Shown here piece by piece: positions 21,701 to 33,959 of a DNA stretch of 64,000 nucleotides. Numbering within the stretch: position 1 is the stretch's first letter; each line of letters opens with the position of its first letter. The stretch comes from an uncultured Planctomycetota bacterium (lineage in GTDB: Bacteria > Planctomycetota > Planctomycetia > Gemmatales > Gemmataceae). Location: assembly GCA_963849325.1 (NCBI GenBank), contig CAWKHF010000012.1, positions 704,001 through 768,000 on the forward strand, written 5' to 3'. The notes under the pieces are model-generated. The model saw only the letters and a program-made list of their open reading frames with translations, was not told the origin of the DNA and did no database searches. Position numbers and translations under genes: made by a program.

Positions 21701-21865
21701 GGCCCAGGTGCAGGCGCCGGTGACGTTGGGCGGCGGAATGACGATGCAGAACGGCTTGCGGTTGGGGTCGGGCCGGGCATGGAAGAAGCCGCGTTCGTTC
21801 CAGAAGCGCAGCCAGCGCTCCTGGGCGTCGCGGGGATCGTAGTGCTTGGGGAGTTCCATCGACAT
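18761..21865 (-). CDS. valS: Valine--tRNA ligase (several frameshifts)
   Basis: PPPNVTG, HLGHAL, PGTDHAGIATQ, TTRPETMLGD, DWCISRQLWWGHRIP, DVLDTWFSS, TMSKSKGN motifs; C-terminal coiled coil. Confidence 0.95.
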
Positions 21866-21903
21866 GAGACAGGCATCCTTTGCGGAGAAAAACCGCGGCC
21901 GTA

Positions 21904-22716
21904 TCAGGACGGTCCGCGCAGGCGGTTCAACTCGGCTTCGAGCTGGCGGATTCGCTCTTCGGCGGCGTCCGCTCGCGCTCGTTCGGCGTCGGCACGCGCC
22001 TCGGCCTGTTGCGCTTCTTGCATCACCTCCAGATAATCGCGCAGATACCGGCCCTCGGCATCGCGGCATACCAGGCGGCCATCCTCGAATCGCAACCACA
22101 GGCCAATCGGCTTCAACGCCAACCAGCCTTCTGCATCCGGCTCGACCAACACATAACCTTGTTCCCCCGGACGATAGGCGAAGAGACGGGGCTGCGTCGC
22201 CTTCTGGAACTGGCGATCCACGATAGCGTAGTACGGTATCCCCGCCTGGTAATACTCGCTCACTTTCTCTTCGAGGTCTCCCTCGCGCGTCGTGGGCGAT
22301 GTCACTTCGATCACCAGCAGCGTGCGGGCGCCGAACTCGGTCAGGCGAAATGTCCCACGTTGTCCGTCCCAGTCCTCCGGAAAGCCCTCGACCACCGCGA
22401 AATCCGGCCCATGAGGCTCAATCCCCTCCACACCCCAATCCATGCGATGATCGTAAAAGACGTGGACTCCGGGGCGGTTAGCCAGATGGGCGTCCAGGAT
22501 GGTCTTCAGGAAGTGACAATCGCGCGTATGATCGTCATTTTGCACGATGAAGTCGTCCTCCTGCGGATGCAGCACATCCTCTTTTGTGAGCGGCACCTGA
22601 ATCACCTTAATCTGGCCGTCCGGGCCGGTCTGCTCCACGTATCGCCAACCGTAGTACCACGGATCCTCCTGCGGGGTAGGCTCCGGTTTCGACTTCGTCT
22701 CCACACGGGTACTCAT
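21904..22716 (-). CDS. Uma2-family (PD-(D/E)XK) endonuclease
   Basis: GPDFAV, IEVTSP, K..EY..AGIPYYAIVD motifs; C-terminal coiled coil. Confidence 0.85.
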   Translation of the reverse strand: MSTRVETKSKPEPTPQEDPWYYGWRYVEQTGPDGQIKVIQVPLTKEDVLHPQEDDFIVQNDDHTRDCHFLKTILDAHLANRPGVHVFYDHRMDWGVEGIEPHGPDFAVVEGFPEDWDGQRGTFRLTEFGARTLLVIEVTSPTTREGDLEEKVSEYYQAGIPYYAIVDRQFQKATQPRLFAYRPGEQGYVLVEPDAEGWLALKPIGLWLRFEDGRLVCRDAEGRYLRDYLEVMQEAQQAEARADAERARADAAEERIRQLEAELNRLRGPS

Positions 22717-22752
22717 GTTCTCGCCTCCGATCTCCCGCCAAGCCGCGAGCGG

Positions 22753-24326
<1,574 letters not shown>

Positions 24327-24341
24327 GAATGATCCTGCAAC

Positions 24342-24410
24342 AAAAAAGCCCTGAAGCGCTCGCTCCAGGGCCGGGACAAAGGAGTCCTTCAAGTGAGGAA
24401 CGATCCCGGC
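24342..24410 (-). promoter_or_regulatory. Attenuator (antiterminator plus terminator hairpins) upstream of cimA
   Basis: Terminator GCCCTGGAGCG-AG-CGCTTCAGGGC-TTTTTT. Alternative GCCGGGAT/GTCCCGGC pairing overlaps the 5' arm of the terminator. Confidence 0.75.
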
Positions 24411-24411
24411 G

Positions 24412-24507
24412 TTAGTCTCCCGTAACGGCGATAGCGATGACGGCGCGGCGCACTCCCTGCGCCGTGCGAATGTCGATCGGCCGTACTTTCCCAGAGACGA
24501 ACAACAC
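24412..24507 (-). CDS. cimA leader peptide, 31 aa (MLFVSGKVRPIDIRTAQGVRRAVIAIAVTGD)
   Basis: GGGGGAG RBS 7 nt before GTG; V-I-A-I-A-V control codons immediately before the attenuator. Confidence 0.7.
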   Translation of the reverse strand: MLFVSGKVRPIDIRTAQGVRRAVIAIAVTGD

Positions 24508-24548
24508 GCCGGAACTCCCCCGTGTTTATGTCCTCGGAATCAGTCGTT

Positions 24549-24577
24549 ATTAAAGCAAATGCGGGCAGCGCTGTCCA
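24549..24577 (-). promoter_or_regulatory. Sigma-70-like promoter for the cimA leader
   Basis: TGGACA-N17-TTTAAT on the minus strand. Confidence 0.45.
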
Positions 24578-24660
24578 ATGAGTTCCCGCGCTCCGCTGCG
24601 CGTCGCGGCGAAACGGGGAACTTATTTTTCGACAGCCCAGAAGGGGAACGTACTCTTAAC

Positions 24661-26294
24661 TCACAAAAGCGCCGCAGTGGTCCCCGTTGGATCGGGGAGC
24701 CGGGATGGGCAGTCGAGGTGGCGCAGCCAGTGGGCGTCGTCGCGGGCAGGGTAGTCGGAGCGGAAGTGGACGCCGCGCGATTCGCGGCGCTGCAGCGCCG
24801 ACCAGATCATCAGCCGGGCGACGGTCAGCAGGTTCTGCAGCTCCCAGCCGGCCCGGCTGGCGAACTCGCGGCGCAGGACGTAGCGGCACCAGAAGGCGAC
24901 CGTGCGCTCCGCCTCCAGCAGCCCGGCGCGGTCGCGGACGATGCCCATGTTGCGCACCATCAGGCTGCGCAGCGAGTTGGTCAGGTCGGCCACGTCGAGG
25001 GCGGGTCCGCCGGTCTCCGGCTGGAAGTCGCCCTGCACCGGCGGCACGACGAAGGCGTCCGGCATGGCTGCCGCCGCCTCGGCCGCGCCCTGGCCGCAGG
25101 CCGTGCCGAAGACCAGACCTTCGAGCAGGCTGTTCGAGGCCAGCCGGTTGGCGCCGTGCAGGCCGCTCGACGTCACCTCGCCGGCCGCCCACAGTCCCGG
25201 CAGGGTCGTCCGGCCGTGCAGCGTCCACCGTGACGCCGCCGACCATGTAATGGGCACCCGGACGCACCGGGATGAGGTCGCGCGTGATGTCCAGGCCGAA
25301 CTCGCGGCAGACCTTGTCGATGCCGGGGAAGTGTTCGCGGACGCGTGGCCGGGTCGAGGTGCGACAGGTCGAGGTAGACGTTGGGGTGCTGGGTGCGTTC
25401 CATGCAGCGGACGATGGCCTGGGCGACCACGTCGCGCGTGGCCAGCTCGGCGCGCGGGTCTTCGTCGAGCATGAAGCGGACGCCGTTCTTGTCGCGCAGG
25501 TACGCCCCTTCGCCGCGCACCGCCTCGCTGATGAGGTAGCGGCTGGAGCCGGCGACGTAGAGCACGGTCGGATGGAACTGCATGAACTCCATGTCGCGCA
25601 GCTCGGCGCCGGCGCGGTAGGCGGCCGCCATGCCGTCGCCGGTCGCCACCGGCGGGTTGGTCGTCTCGCGGTAGACCATGCCGGCGCCGCCGCAGGCCAG
25701 GATGGTCTGCTTGGCCCAGATGAGCAGCTTGCCGTGCTGCTTGCGATGCACCAGGGCGCCGACGCAGCGCGCCGTCGTGGGTCAGCAGATCGATGGTGAA
25801 GGTGCGGTCCCAGAGGGTGACGTTGCGCGGCCTTGCTTGGCCCGCTCGATGATGGCCCGCATGACCTCGAAGCCGGTGGCGTCGCCGAGGGCGTGGACGA
25901 TGCGGCGATGGCTGTGGCCGCCCTCGATGCCGGGTTCGCTCGTCGAACTGCGTGCCACAGGCGGATGAGGTCGTCGATCTGCCGCGGCGCCTCGCGCACC
26001 ACCATCTCGACCACGTCGCGGTCGCACAGGCCGGCGCCGGCGGTGAGCGTGTCCTCGATGTGGTTCTCGAAGCGGTCCTCCGGCGAGCGCACGGCGGCGA
26101 TGCCGCCCTGGGCGTAGGTGCTGTTGCTCTGCTGCAAGCGGTCCTTGGTGACGACGAGCACGCGCAGGTCGCGGCGGCGCGGCCAGGGCCGCCCGCAGCC
26201 CGGCGATGCCGCCGCCGATGACGAGCAGGTCGGTGAAGACGTGCGGCGTCTGCTTGGGACCGAAGCGGACGAGATAACGCTTGGGAAACGTCAT
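24661..26294 (-). CDS. nadB: L-aspartate oxidase (frameshifted)
   Basis: IGGGIAG, YAQGGIAA, EGGHS..RIVH, QFHPT, ISEAVRGEG, HGANRLASNSLLEG, ESRGVHFRSD motifs. Confidence 0.92.
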
Positions 26295-26305
26295 AACGAC
26301 CACCA

Positions 26306-26469
26306 AATTCATTCACCACGGAAAACACGGAAAACACGGAAAAAGACAAAAGACAAAAATGACCTGAATACTACAAAGACCAGGTCGGCCCCTCACGTCC
26401 CTTCGTTCTTTCTGCCCTCGTTCTTGTGGTCTTTTGTCTTTTTTCCGTGTTTTCCGTGGTGAATGAATT
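26306..26469. repeat. Intergenic inverted repeat built from ACACGGAAA 9-mers
   Basis: AATTCATTCACCACGGAAAACACGGAAAA ... TTTTCCGTGTTTTCCGTGGTGAATGAATT. Confidence 0.75.
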
Positions 26470-29400
26470 ATTTCTTGTTGGACATTTGGCGTGTGAAGGC
26501 GCGGAAGGAGTCGCGGTAGCCGGGCGGCGGCTGGCCGTGATCGGGTCCGTGGACGTCGCCGGCCGCGTTCGACGGCGCGGGCTGGATTTGCCGGCCGGGA
26601 ATGCTGGGAAGCGTCTTCGCCTGCCGAGGCTCTACCGGCGCTTCCGGCGCGGCTTGTCGGACGGCGCGGCCAGCTTCCGCTTCGACTCGACGTATTTCTT
26701 CCACGCTTCCTCCGAGACGCCGGCGTCCTTGAGGATTTTCTTATCGACCTTCTTGAGGAAGTCTTCGAGCTGCATCTGCGTGGCGCGGTGTTCGCGCGGC
26801 TGCGAAGGCTTGACCGGAGGCGATTGGGGGCCGCCGACGCCTCCGCCGTGGTCATCACCGCTGCGGTTGTTGCCGCCGCCTCCGGCCGTGTTGCCGCCCT
26901 CCCGGTTCCGCGCCGCGCTGGCCGGCGACGTGTCCCGGTCCCCGGCGCCGGGTTTGCCTTCACCCTGCGCAGCCTTATCGCCCCCCTCCCCTTTGCCTGC
27001 GGAGGGCTTGACTTCGCCCGGTGTGGACGGATCGCCGCCCTTTGGGTCGGAGCCGCCCTGTTTTCCCTCGGCCTTGCCGTCGTCGTTGTTCTCGCCCTGG
27101 CCCTTCGGCTCGCTCCGAGGGTTGCCACCGCTGGGGTTGTCTTTCGCCTCGCCCGCCCCTTCACGCTCGGCCGGAGGGCCGACGGCATCGGCGGGTTTGC
27201 CGTCGCCGTTAGGGGTGGGGTCTTGTCCTCGGCCCATCGGCGGCGCTTTCGCCTCGCCGGCACCCTTGCTCTCTTGCGGGTCGCCACCCGGTTTGCCCTC
27301 GCCCGGCTGGGGGGGCTGGTCCGGCTTGCCCTTGCCTTCGCCTCGCTCGCCACCGCCGGGCGGATTCATCGGCTCGCTGCCCTTCGCCTCGCCCTTGTCG
27401 CCCGGCATCGGATGAGGCTGGTTGTCGCCCTTGCCGTCGCCCTGCGCGGGGTCCGTGCCGGCCTGCGCTTGACCCTTGTCCTTGCCCTCGCCGGCCTGGT
27501 TGGCACCCTGCTGGCCGGCGCTCTTGCCCTCGCCTTCGGACTTGTCGCCGGCCTGACCGCCGCCGCTCGGTTGCGCATCCTTGCCCTCGCCCTCGCCGCC
27601 CTTGTCGGGCTTGGCCTCGCCCTGGCCGTTCTCGCCCTGCTGGTTTTTCTCCAGGGCGTCCTTGATCTTGTTCTCGACGTCCTGCTGCTCCTTCGGCAGT
27701 TCGTTGTTGTTCGCGCCGGATTGTTCGGATCACCCTGGCCATTGTTGGGGTCGCCTTGCTGCCCGCCTTTGTCCTGGCCTTCCGGGTTGTCCGGCTTGCC
27801 GCCATCCTTCGGCTGAGATCGGTCGCCGGCGGCCCCCTTGTCGGCCTCGTTGCTTTTGTCCTGTTCTTCCTTGTTGTGGGATTCCTGCTCTTTGCGCTCC
27901 TGCTGGCGCGTCTGGTTTTCCTGCTGGAGCTTCTGGTCCTGCTTGTCCTCGTGCTGCTTTTTGTCCTGTTCCGCCTGCTTCTTCTGTTGCTGTTGCTTCG
28001 ACTCGTCCTTCTCCGGCTCGGTGAGCAGGATGCGGTAATGCTTGCTCTCGCCGATGTTGGCTTTGGGATAATCGCAGGCGTCGGCGGCTTCGAGCCAGTA
28101 TTCCAGCTCCATGCCTGCCCGCAGCGGAAAAGCCCGTCCCTCCTCGCTTTTGACCTGAACCAGATCCACAAAGTCCTTGTATTCCAGTTCGCGCGGGTAA
28201 CCGCCGTCGGCCAGTCGCAGTTTGTCGCTCGGAGCGATACGGCTGTCCGCGCAGGGTTTCGCCGCCGACGACTTGCAGACGCAGTACCAGAACCTTGACG
28301 CCGAGGTCGTCGCTCGCCTTGCCCTCCAGGTGCAGCATCCCATCCGCCGGCAAGCGGATGTCCTGGCCCGGTTTGGTCAATTCGACCGTCGGCGGCCTGT
28401 CCGGCACCGCCGTCACCGGGTAGGCGACCGGGTCGCCATACGCCTCGCCCTCGGTCGAGGTGAAGTGTAGACGATATTTGCCATCTTCGTTGAGGACGAA
28501 GCGGACGAGCAGCACGCGCGGATCGTCGGCGGCCGGTTCGCCGGGTATGGCCTTCGTACCGTCCTTGCTCTCGAACTCCAGCCGCCCCTCGCGGAGCGTG
28601 CGGTTGGTGCGGACGCGCAGGGCAACCTCGGTGCCGCGCAGCGCCTTCAGCTCGCGCTCATGACGGACCTCGTCGGCGCGAGCGACGTAGGGCCGGTAAT
28701 GATAGGTCGCCAGGAAGTCGGTGACGGCGGGGGCGGCGCGGACGCGGATACGATACTCCTCGGTGGCGGCGTCGCCGCCGGTGACGCGATACCACAAGCC
28801 GTTCTTGACCTCGATCGCCGACAGCGACGTCGTCCATTCTCGGCTCGCGCTCGCGGAACAGCAGGCGTTCCAGCCACGGCTCGCCCTCCTCGTAGCGATA
28901 CAGCAGCTTGACCGCGTCCGGCGCCTTCGGGTCGGGTTCCTTTCCGTCCACGTCGAACGACGAAGCTGATGCCGCGGCCGACGGTGAGGACGGCGTTGCC
29001 GCCCTCGGGCTTGAGGATCGTCAACTGCGTGCGCGTCGAAACGCCGATCTGGCCGAATGGGTTGAAGGCGCGGGTGAGCAGCGAATAGAACGGCGACGGG
29101 CCGAGCAGGAAGAACGAGGCGACGAAGGCGACGGCGCACACGGCGGCGGCGCCACCCGCCCAGGCGGCGCGGCGGCCACTGATGGCACGGTCCAGATCGA
29201 CGCGCGACAGGTCCTTGGCGGCGCGCTGACCGAGCGCGCCGCGGATGGCCGGCGGCAGTGGCTGCGCGTGCAGATCGACCCAGTTGACGATACTGTTCTT
29301 CGCCTCCGGCAGCTGTCGCTCCACCTGCCGAGCCGCGTAGTAGGGATTGACCCGCAGCCGCAACGGACGAACGACCGCGACGAACAGATAGACGGCGCTG

Positions 29401-29635
29401 ACGGCCAGGATGATGTACAGCGAGAGCTGCGCGCGCGTGCGGCGATAGCTCGAGTTTGCTGTCGCACAGGACCATGCCCACGACGTAGGCCAGACCCAGG
29501 GCGGCGAAGCCGAGCAGAGCGGTCGTCAGGTCGAGCAGCCGGATGCGGCCCTCCGCCTTCGCCAGCTGGGATGCGACGAAGCGCATCGTACTTGCCGCCC
29601 GGCGTGGATTTGGCCCGGCCCAGATCGGTCGCCAT
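26468..29635 (-). CDS. Large membrane-anchored hypothetical protein with low-complexity G/D/K/Q C-terminus (DUF4175-like; frameshifted)
   Basis: N-terminal TM helices, Ig-like middle region (PDRPPTVEL, YWLEAADAC), coiled coil, then GEGKP-type repeats. Confidence 0.65.
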
Positions 29636-29739
29636 CGCTGTACTCCCGGAAGAGACTCTCCCCCGTCTTTCGCTTTCTCTATTATAAGGGCGGAGATCGC
29701 CGTGCCTCAACGAATTCCCCACTCGCCGGGAGCCTCCCC

Positions 29740-30628
29740 ATGCAACGCCGTCAGTTTCTGCACACCGGCGCCCTCGCCGCCGCCGGACTCGCCGCCACGA
29801 CCGCTTCCGCCGCCCCCTCCGGCAAAACGGTCACGACCCCGAAATTCCGCCTCGGTCTCGTCACCTACAACCTGGCCGCGTCGTGGGGCCTCGACACGCT
29901 GCTTCGCGTGTGCAAGAGCACCGGCGTCTCGCCGGTCGAGCTACGCACCACGCACAAGCACGGCGTCGAGCCGTCGCTTGAGCAAGGACCAGCGTAAGGA
30001 CGTGCGCCGTCGCTTCGCCGATGCGGGCGTCGCCATCTGGGGCTGCGGCACGGTCTGCGAGTTCCAGTCGCCCGACGCCGCCGTCGTCCACAAGAACATC
30101 GAAACGTGCAAGGCGTTCGTGGACCTCGTCGCCGACCTCGGCGGCCGCGGCGTCAAGGTACGGCCCAACGGTCTGCCCAAGGGCGTACCCGTCGAGAAGA
30201 CGCTGGAGCAGATCGGCAAGGCGCTGATCCCGTGCGGCAAGGCGGCGGCAGACGCCGGCGTCGAAATCTGGGTCGAGGTCCACGGATACGGCACCGCCCA
30301 TCCGCCGCACGTGAAGACCATCATGCAGCACTGCGGCCATCCGAAGGTTGGCCTGACCTGGAACTCCAACTCCACCGATCTTAAGGATGGCTCGGTGGAG
30401 GAGTATTTCGAGCTGCTATGGCCGTGGATTCGTTCGTGTCACATCAATGAACTGTACAAGGACGCGGCCGGTGTCTACCCCTACCGTGAGCTGTTCCGCC
30501 TGTTCCGCGAACACGGCTATGATCGAGCGACACTGTGCGAGGTCGGCCGCGGCTGGGCCGACGAGACGGCCGGTGCCGAGGTGCTGCGCTATTACAAGGC
30601 GCTGTGGACGGAACTGAATCGCGGCTGA
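29740..30628 (+). CDS. Tat-exported sugar phosphate isomerase/epimerase (TIM barrel; one frameshift)
   Basis: MQRRQFL Tat motif; VELRTTH, VEVHG and SCHINE motifs. Confidence 0.8.
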
Positions 30629-30707
30629 AGCCCTGTATCCCGAAAGGGCTTCTTGCCCTGTCGAAATGCTTGGAAAAAGGAACAGCTAATCCCGATTATC
30701 CCGATCG

Positions 30708-30736
30708 TTGAGATAGGGTCGAAAAACGGGTACAAT
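30708..30736 (+). promoter_or_regulatory. Sigma-70-like promoter of the RES pair
   Basis: TTGAGA-N17-TACAAT, preceded by an ATCCCGAT direct repeat. Confidence 0.5.
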
Positions 30737-30794
30737 TATCTCGGCTGTAAAGGGTGCCTTGATGGTTGACACGAACCCTTGCGGAGGATGCGTC

Positions 30795-31259
30795 ATGATC
30801 GCCATCCCCGACTTCTTCCAAGACGAGAGTGAGGAAGCGCTCCGCTCCCAGGTCGAGTGGCAGTCGGGACACCTCGGGCTGGAAGACAGCTTTTTCGCCA
30901 GACTCCTCCGTGAGGATCCGCGCATTTTTTCCGGCTGGAGGAGGGACGCCGACGCCCTCACCAGGGGCAAGGAGGACGTGTTGCGCGACTGGTGGCAGAC
31001 GGTCCTCCATTTGCTTTCCTTCCAGAGCTTCGACGAAGAGAAAGTCCGAGCGCTTCTGGAGCAGACAGCCCCGACCCACCTCCGGGCCGAGCCGTCGGTG
31101 TTCTCCCCAGCTTGGTCCACGTCGTCGCTAAAGGAGTACCTGGAGAACCTAGGTCCAGAGGCGATTGCGGAGGTGAACAGGTGGGTGGAATCGTTTCGGT
31201 TCGGCGACCCCTACACGCCGCACCGTAGGGGTAGCTCATGCCTGTCAACCCAAACCTAG
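30795..31259 (+). CDS. Hypothetical protein, probable antitoxin for the RES toxin
   Basis: GGAGG RBS; overlaps the start of the RES gene. Confidence 0.6.
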   Translation: MIAIPDFFQDESEEALRSQVEWQSGHLGLEDSFFARLLREDPRIFSGWRRDADALTRGKEDVLRDWWQTVLHLLSFQSFDEEKVRALLEQTAPTHLRAEPSVFSPAWSTSSLKEYLENLGPEAIAEVNRWVESFRFGDPYTPHRRGSSCLSTQT

Positions 31260-31963
31260 CGGTCGCCATCCAGGCAGGCGTTCCTCTCTACCGGATCACC
31301 GCCCTCTCTTACCGCACACCCAACCCCATTCACCACAAGAAGGTGGTGAACGGGATGGGGGCTAAGAACAGCTACGCCGGCGGGAGGTACAACCACGGCG
31401 GCGTCGTGACCGTCTACTTGGCGGACAGCATCGAGACATGCTTCGCGGAGAAGATGTTCTACTTCCAGCGGGAGGTCGTCCGCCGCCTCGACGCTCTGCA
31501 CCTGCCCCTTAGTCCTGGCCTACCCACGTTCTTGGGCACGTTCACTCTTTGGGAGATACGCCTCAAAAAAGCCGTCTCGGACGTCTGTCATCTGACGCAG
31601 GCCAGCGCCAGCGCCGTCGGCGTTTTCCCTTCCCTCATGGTGAACCCGTCCCAGGACTACGACCACCTGAAGGACCGGAGGATGTTCATCCAGAGTAACG
31701 GCTACAAGGGGATCCGGCGCACTTCCAGTAGATCGGCGGCGGGCGGCGAGATCATCGTGTTGTTCGATGACCAGAGTAAGAACGTGGATTTGGCCCCTTA
31801 CACGGTCGAGTTCCGCCTGGTGACACATCCACCCGTGGCCCCGTTCGGCAACCACCTGACGGAACTGCTCGATTTCACGGCCGGCGAGGTGCGGTTCGTC
31901 GGGGGGGCGCCTCCGGGGATCGCGGGGTACGTCGGCTGGACCCGGGCACCCTTCAACCACTGA
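31238..31963 (+). CDS. RES-domain protein (putative NAD+-degrading toxin)
   Basis: LYRI, GGRYN, VYLADSIETCFAE, GI...SSR and IVLF motifs. Confidence 0.8.
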   Translation: MPVNPNLAVAIQAGVPLYRITALSYRTPNPIHHKKVVNGMGAKNSYAGGRYNHGGVVTVYLADSIETCFAEKMFYFQREVVRRLDALHLPLSPGLPTFLGTFTLWEIRLKKAVSDVCHLTQASASAVGVFPSLMVNPSQDYDHLKDRRMFIQSNGYKGIRRTSSRSAAGGEIIVLFDDQSKNVDLAPYTVEFRLVTHPPVAPFGNHLTELLDFTAGEVRFVGGAPPGIAGYVGWTRAPFNH

Positions 31964-32000
31964 CGCGAGGTTTGTTTTGCCGCTATGCTCGGCATAAAGC

Positions 32001-32607
32001 TCATTCGTCCCATTCCCCCTGGATTTGTTCGGAGCGTCGCGTCCGGAATGGACGCCGGGAACCTTCTGACTCCTCCTCGGCCCTGCGTTGCGCGATACTC
32101 CCGCACGGCATCCACGAACGCCGGCGAGATGCACTTGAGAGTCAAGCGGCGTTCCGTGGCATCCGCCGGATGAATCGAGGTCAGCTGCATGATGGGGATC
32201 GACATGAGCCAGCAGAAGAGAAGCGCAGGCGTGGCGATGCACAGCGATCCCAAGAGGAAGTCTTGCGTGGATTTGTTGATCTGTCCGGACATCGATCCCA
32301 CGAGAGCAAAGCTGGCGGCAAGGAGGGCCAGCAGCGCGACGAACGCACCCCAGACGATCAGCGTGCGATAGAGCCAGTGATTCTTGTGCCGCGGACAGAA
32401 GAGCGTGTAGCAGCGCACGTGCTCCGTGAGGATGGCTGCGACGATGACATAGGGTAGGTAGCCAAAGGGCAACAGCACATAGACCCATAAGGGGTGCGAG
32501 ACAAAGCGCAGCCGTTTCCGCTCCGTCGCCGGCTCGCCGCAACACATGCAAACGTCCGGCAGGTCGCCCTCTTCCGCCTCGTACCGGCTGAGCTGAATCG
32601 ACGCCAT
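32001..32607 (-). CDS. Hypothetical membrane protein with CxxC...CxxH motifs (C-terminal frameshift)
   Basis: LPDVCMCCG and FCPRH motifs, three TM segments; manual reading gives a stop at 32001. Confidence 0.65.
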
Positions 32608-32782
32608 GCAACGGCCCTCCTCGCTTCAAGCCCTCATGGTGCTCGCCGCCCTTAACTATCCTCGATCTTGCGCAAGCGTCAAGGACATTCCGAACCACTC
32701 GTGTGAAGGAGTCGTAACAGCCAAGAATGGACCCCTGAATCCGATACGGCACCCGTTCGCCTGACACAGCTTGAGATTTCCG

Positions 32783-32811
32783 TTGACAGCGATACATTGG
32801 GGGATTGAACT
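32783..32811 (+). promoter_or_regulatory. Cassette promoter (Pc-like)
   Basis: TTGACA-N17-TGAACT about 60 nt upstream of the attI-like site. Confidence 0.55.
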
Positions 32812-32855
32812 ACTCGTATTACGGCGCGTGACCTAGGTAGGTGCTTAGGGCCCGC

Positions 32856-32875
32856 GCTCGAAGAACAAGTTCGGC
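32856..32875 (+). mobile_element. attI-like integron recombination site
   Basis: GAAGAACAA-GTTCGGC core; GTTCGGC is the exact complement of the GCCGAAC inverse core ending cassette 1; no attC stem upstream. Confidence 0.5.
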
Positions 32876-32894
32876 ATGTGAGGAGGTAACAAGG

Positions 32895-33303
32895 ATGCGC
32901 AAAGTCACTGTTGTCGGACTGATTTCCTTCGCCATCTGCGGGTTGCTCACCCTCCCCGCCAGTTCGGACGACAAAAAGCCGAAGGCGCCAACGGACATTG
33001 AGCACGATTTCGGGACGAAGATCGTGTCCGTGCGGAACGTCCTCAACGAAGACCGACGACCAATTCGGGTTCACGGCGGGCTATCTGGAAAAAGTCCAGA
33101 TCCGCCGGCTCGGAGACCGCAGCTTTTTGGTCGGCGAGGTCGCCGGCCGACCGGGGGAGGAGAATCCCTACGAGGGCGTGAGGCTTTGGATACCGTTATC
33201 GGGGGTGCTGGAACTCGGAGAGTTCGAGAACATAGAGGCAGTCGAAAGGGTATTGAAGAAATTGTCCAAGCCGCAGACCCCTGGGCCGGCAGCGGAGGGC
33301 TGA
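32895..33303 (+). CDS. Gene cassette 1: secreted hypothetical protein (one frameshift)
   Basis: AGGAGG RBS; signal peptide MRKVTVVGLISFAICGLLTLPASS; stop 17 nt before attC. Confidence 0.65.
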
Positions 33304-33320
33304 ACCACTGATCCATCGCA

Positions 33321-33421
33321 GCCGAACCATCCATCCGCTGCGGCAGACCGGGCGGCCATTACGGCTTTTCGAGACATGATACCCATCCAGGCCGCCCGGC
33401 TGATGAACTGTGTCGTTCGAG
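33321..33421 (+). mobile_element. attC site
   Basis: GCCGAAC inverse core ... CGCTGCGGCAGACCGGGCGGCC / GGCCGCCCGGCTGATGAACTG imperfect stem ... GTTCGAG core; 101 bp. Confidence 0.7.
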
Positions 33422-33441
33422 ACAATTCGCGCGGGCCTGCC

Positions 33442-33684
33442 ATGCCTACGATCTTGAGAAGCGGCCCCTACCGTTTTTACTTCTATAGCCATGAATCCCA
33501 TGAGCCGCCGCATGTCCATGTTGATCGGGATGATTTGTCCGCCAAATTCTAGTTGCAGCCGGTCGGACTGGCGCGAAACCTCGGCTTCTCACCCAAGGAA
33601 CTGCGGAGGCTTCAGAAACAGGTGATTCAACATCAAGCAGCCTTCTTGGAGACCTGGCATGGGCATTTTGGCGTTGACGGCTGA
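33442..33684 (+). pseudogene. DUF4160-family protein with in-frame TAG (cassette 2)
   Basis: MPTILRSGPYRFYFYSHESHEPPHVHVDRDDLSAKF*LQPV...; TAG at 33550 where Trp is expected. Confidence 0.75.
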
Positions 33685-33959
33685 CGAGCGGGTCACGGAC
33701 GTGAAGTTCACGAAAGACGCTTTGAGTGTCGCCCTACGCGACGGACGAACCATCACGGTGCCGCTGGCCTGGTATCCCCGCCTCTTCAACGCCACCGCGG
33801 CCCAGCGAAAGAACTGGATCGTCGCGGGTGGAGGCTATGGCATCCATTGGCCCGACATCGATGAGGATCTCAGCACGGAGGGACTTCTCCGGGCGCGCCG
33901 CACCGCGCCCGCTACAGGGCAAGGCGGAGAGCGACACGGGCCGTCGAACCAAGCGCTGA
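33659..33959 (+). CDS. DUF2442-family protein (antitoxin-like partner; C-terminal frameshift)
   Basis: L.DGRTITVPLAWYPRL and GIHWPDIDEDLS motifs. Confidence 0.8.

Noticed and set aside
30630-32700. RES pair and membrane protein as further integron cassettes
   Set aside because: No attC-like structure found around them; they lie upstream of the attI-like site and have their own promoter or opposite orientation.
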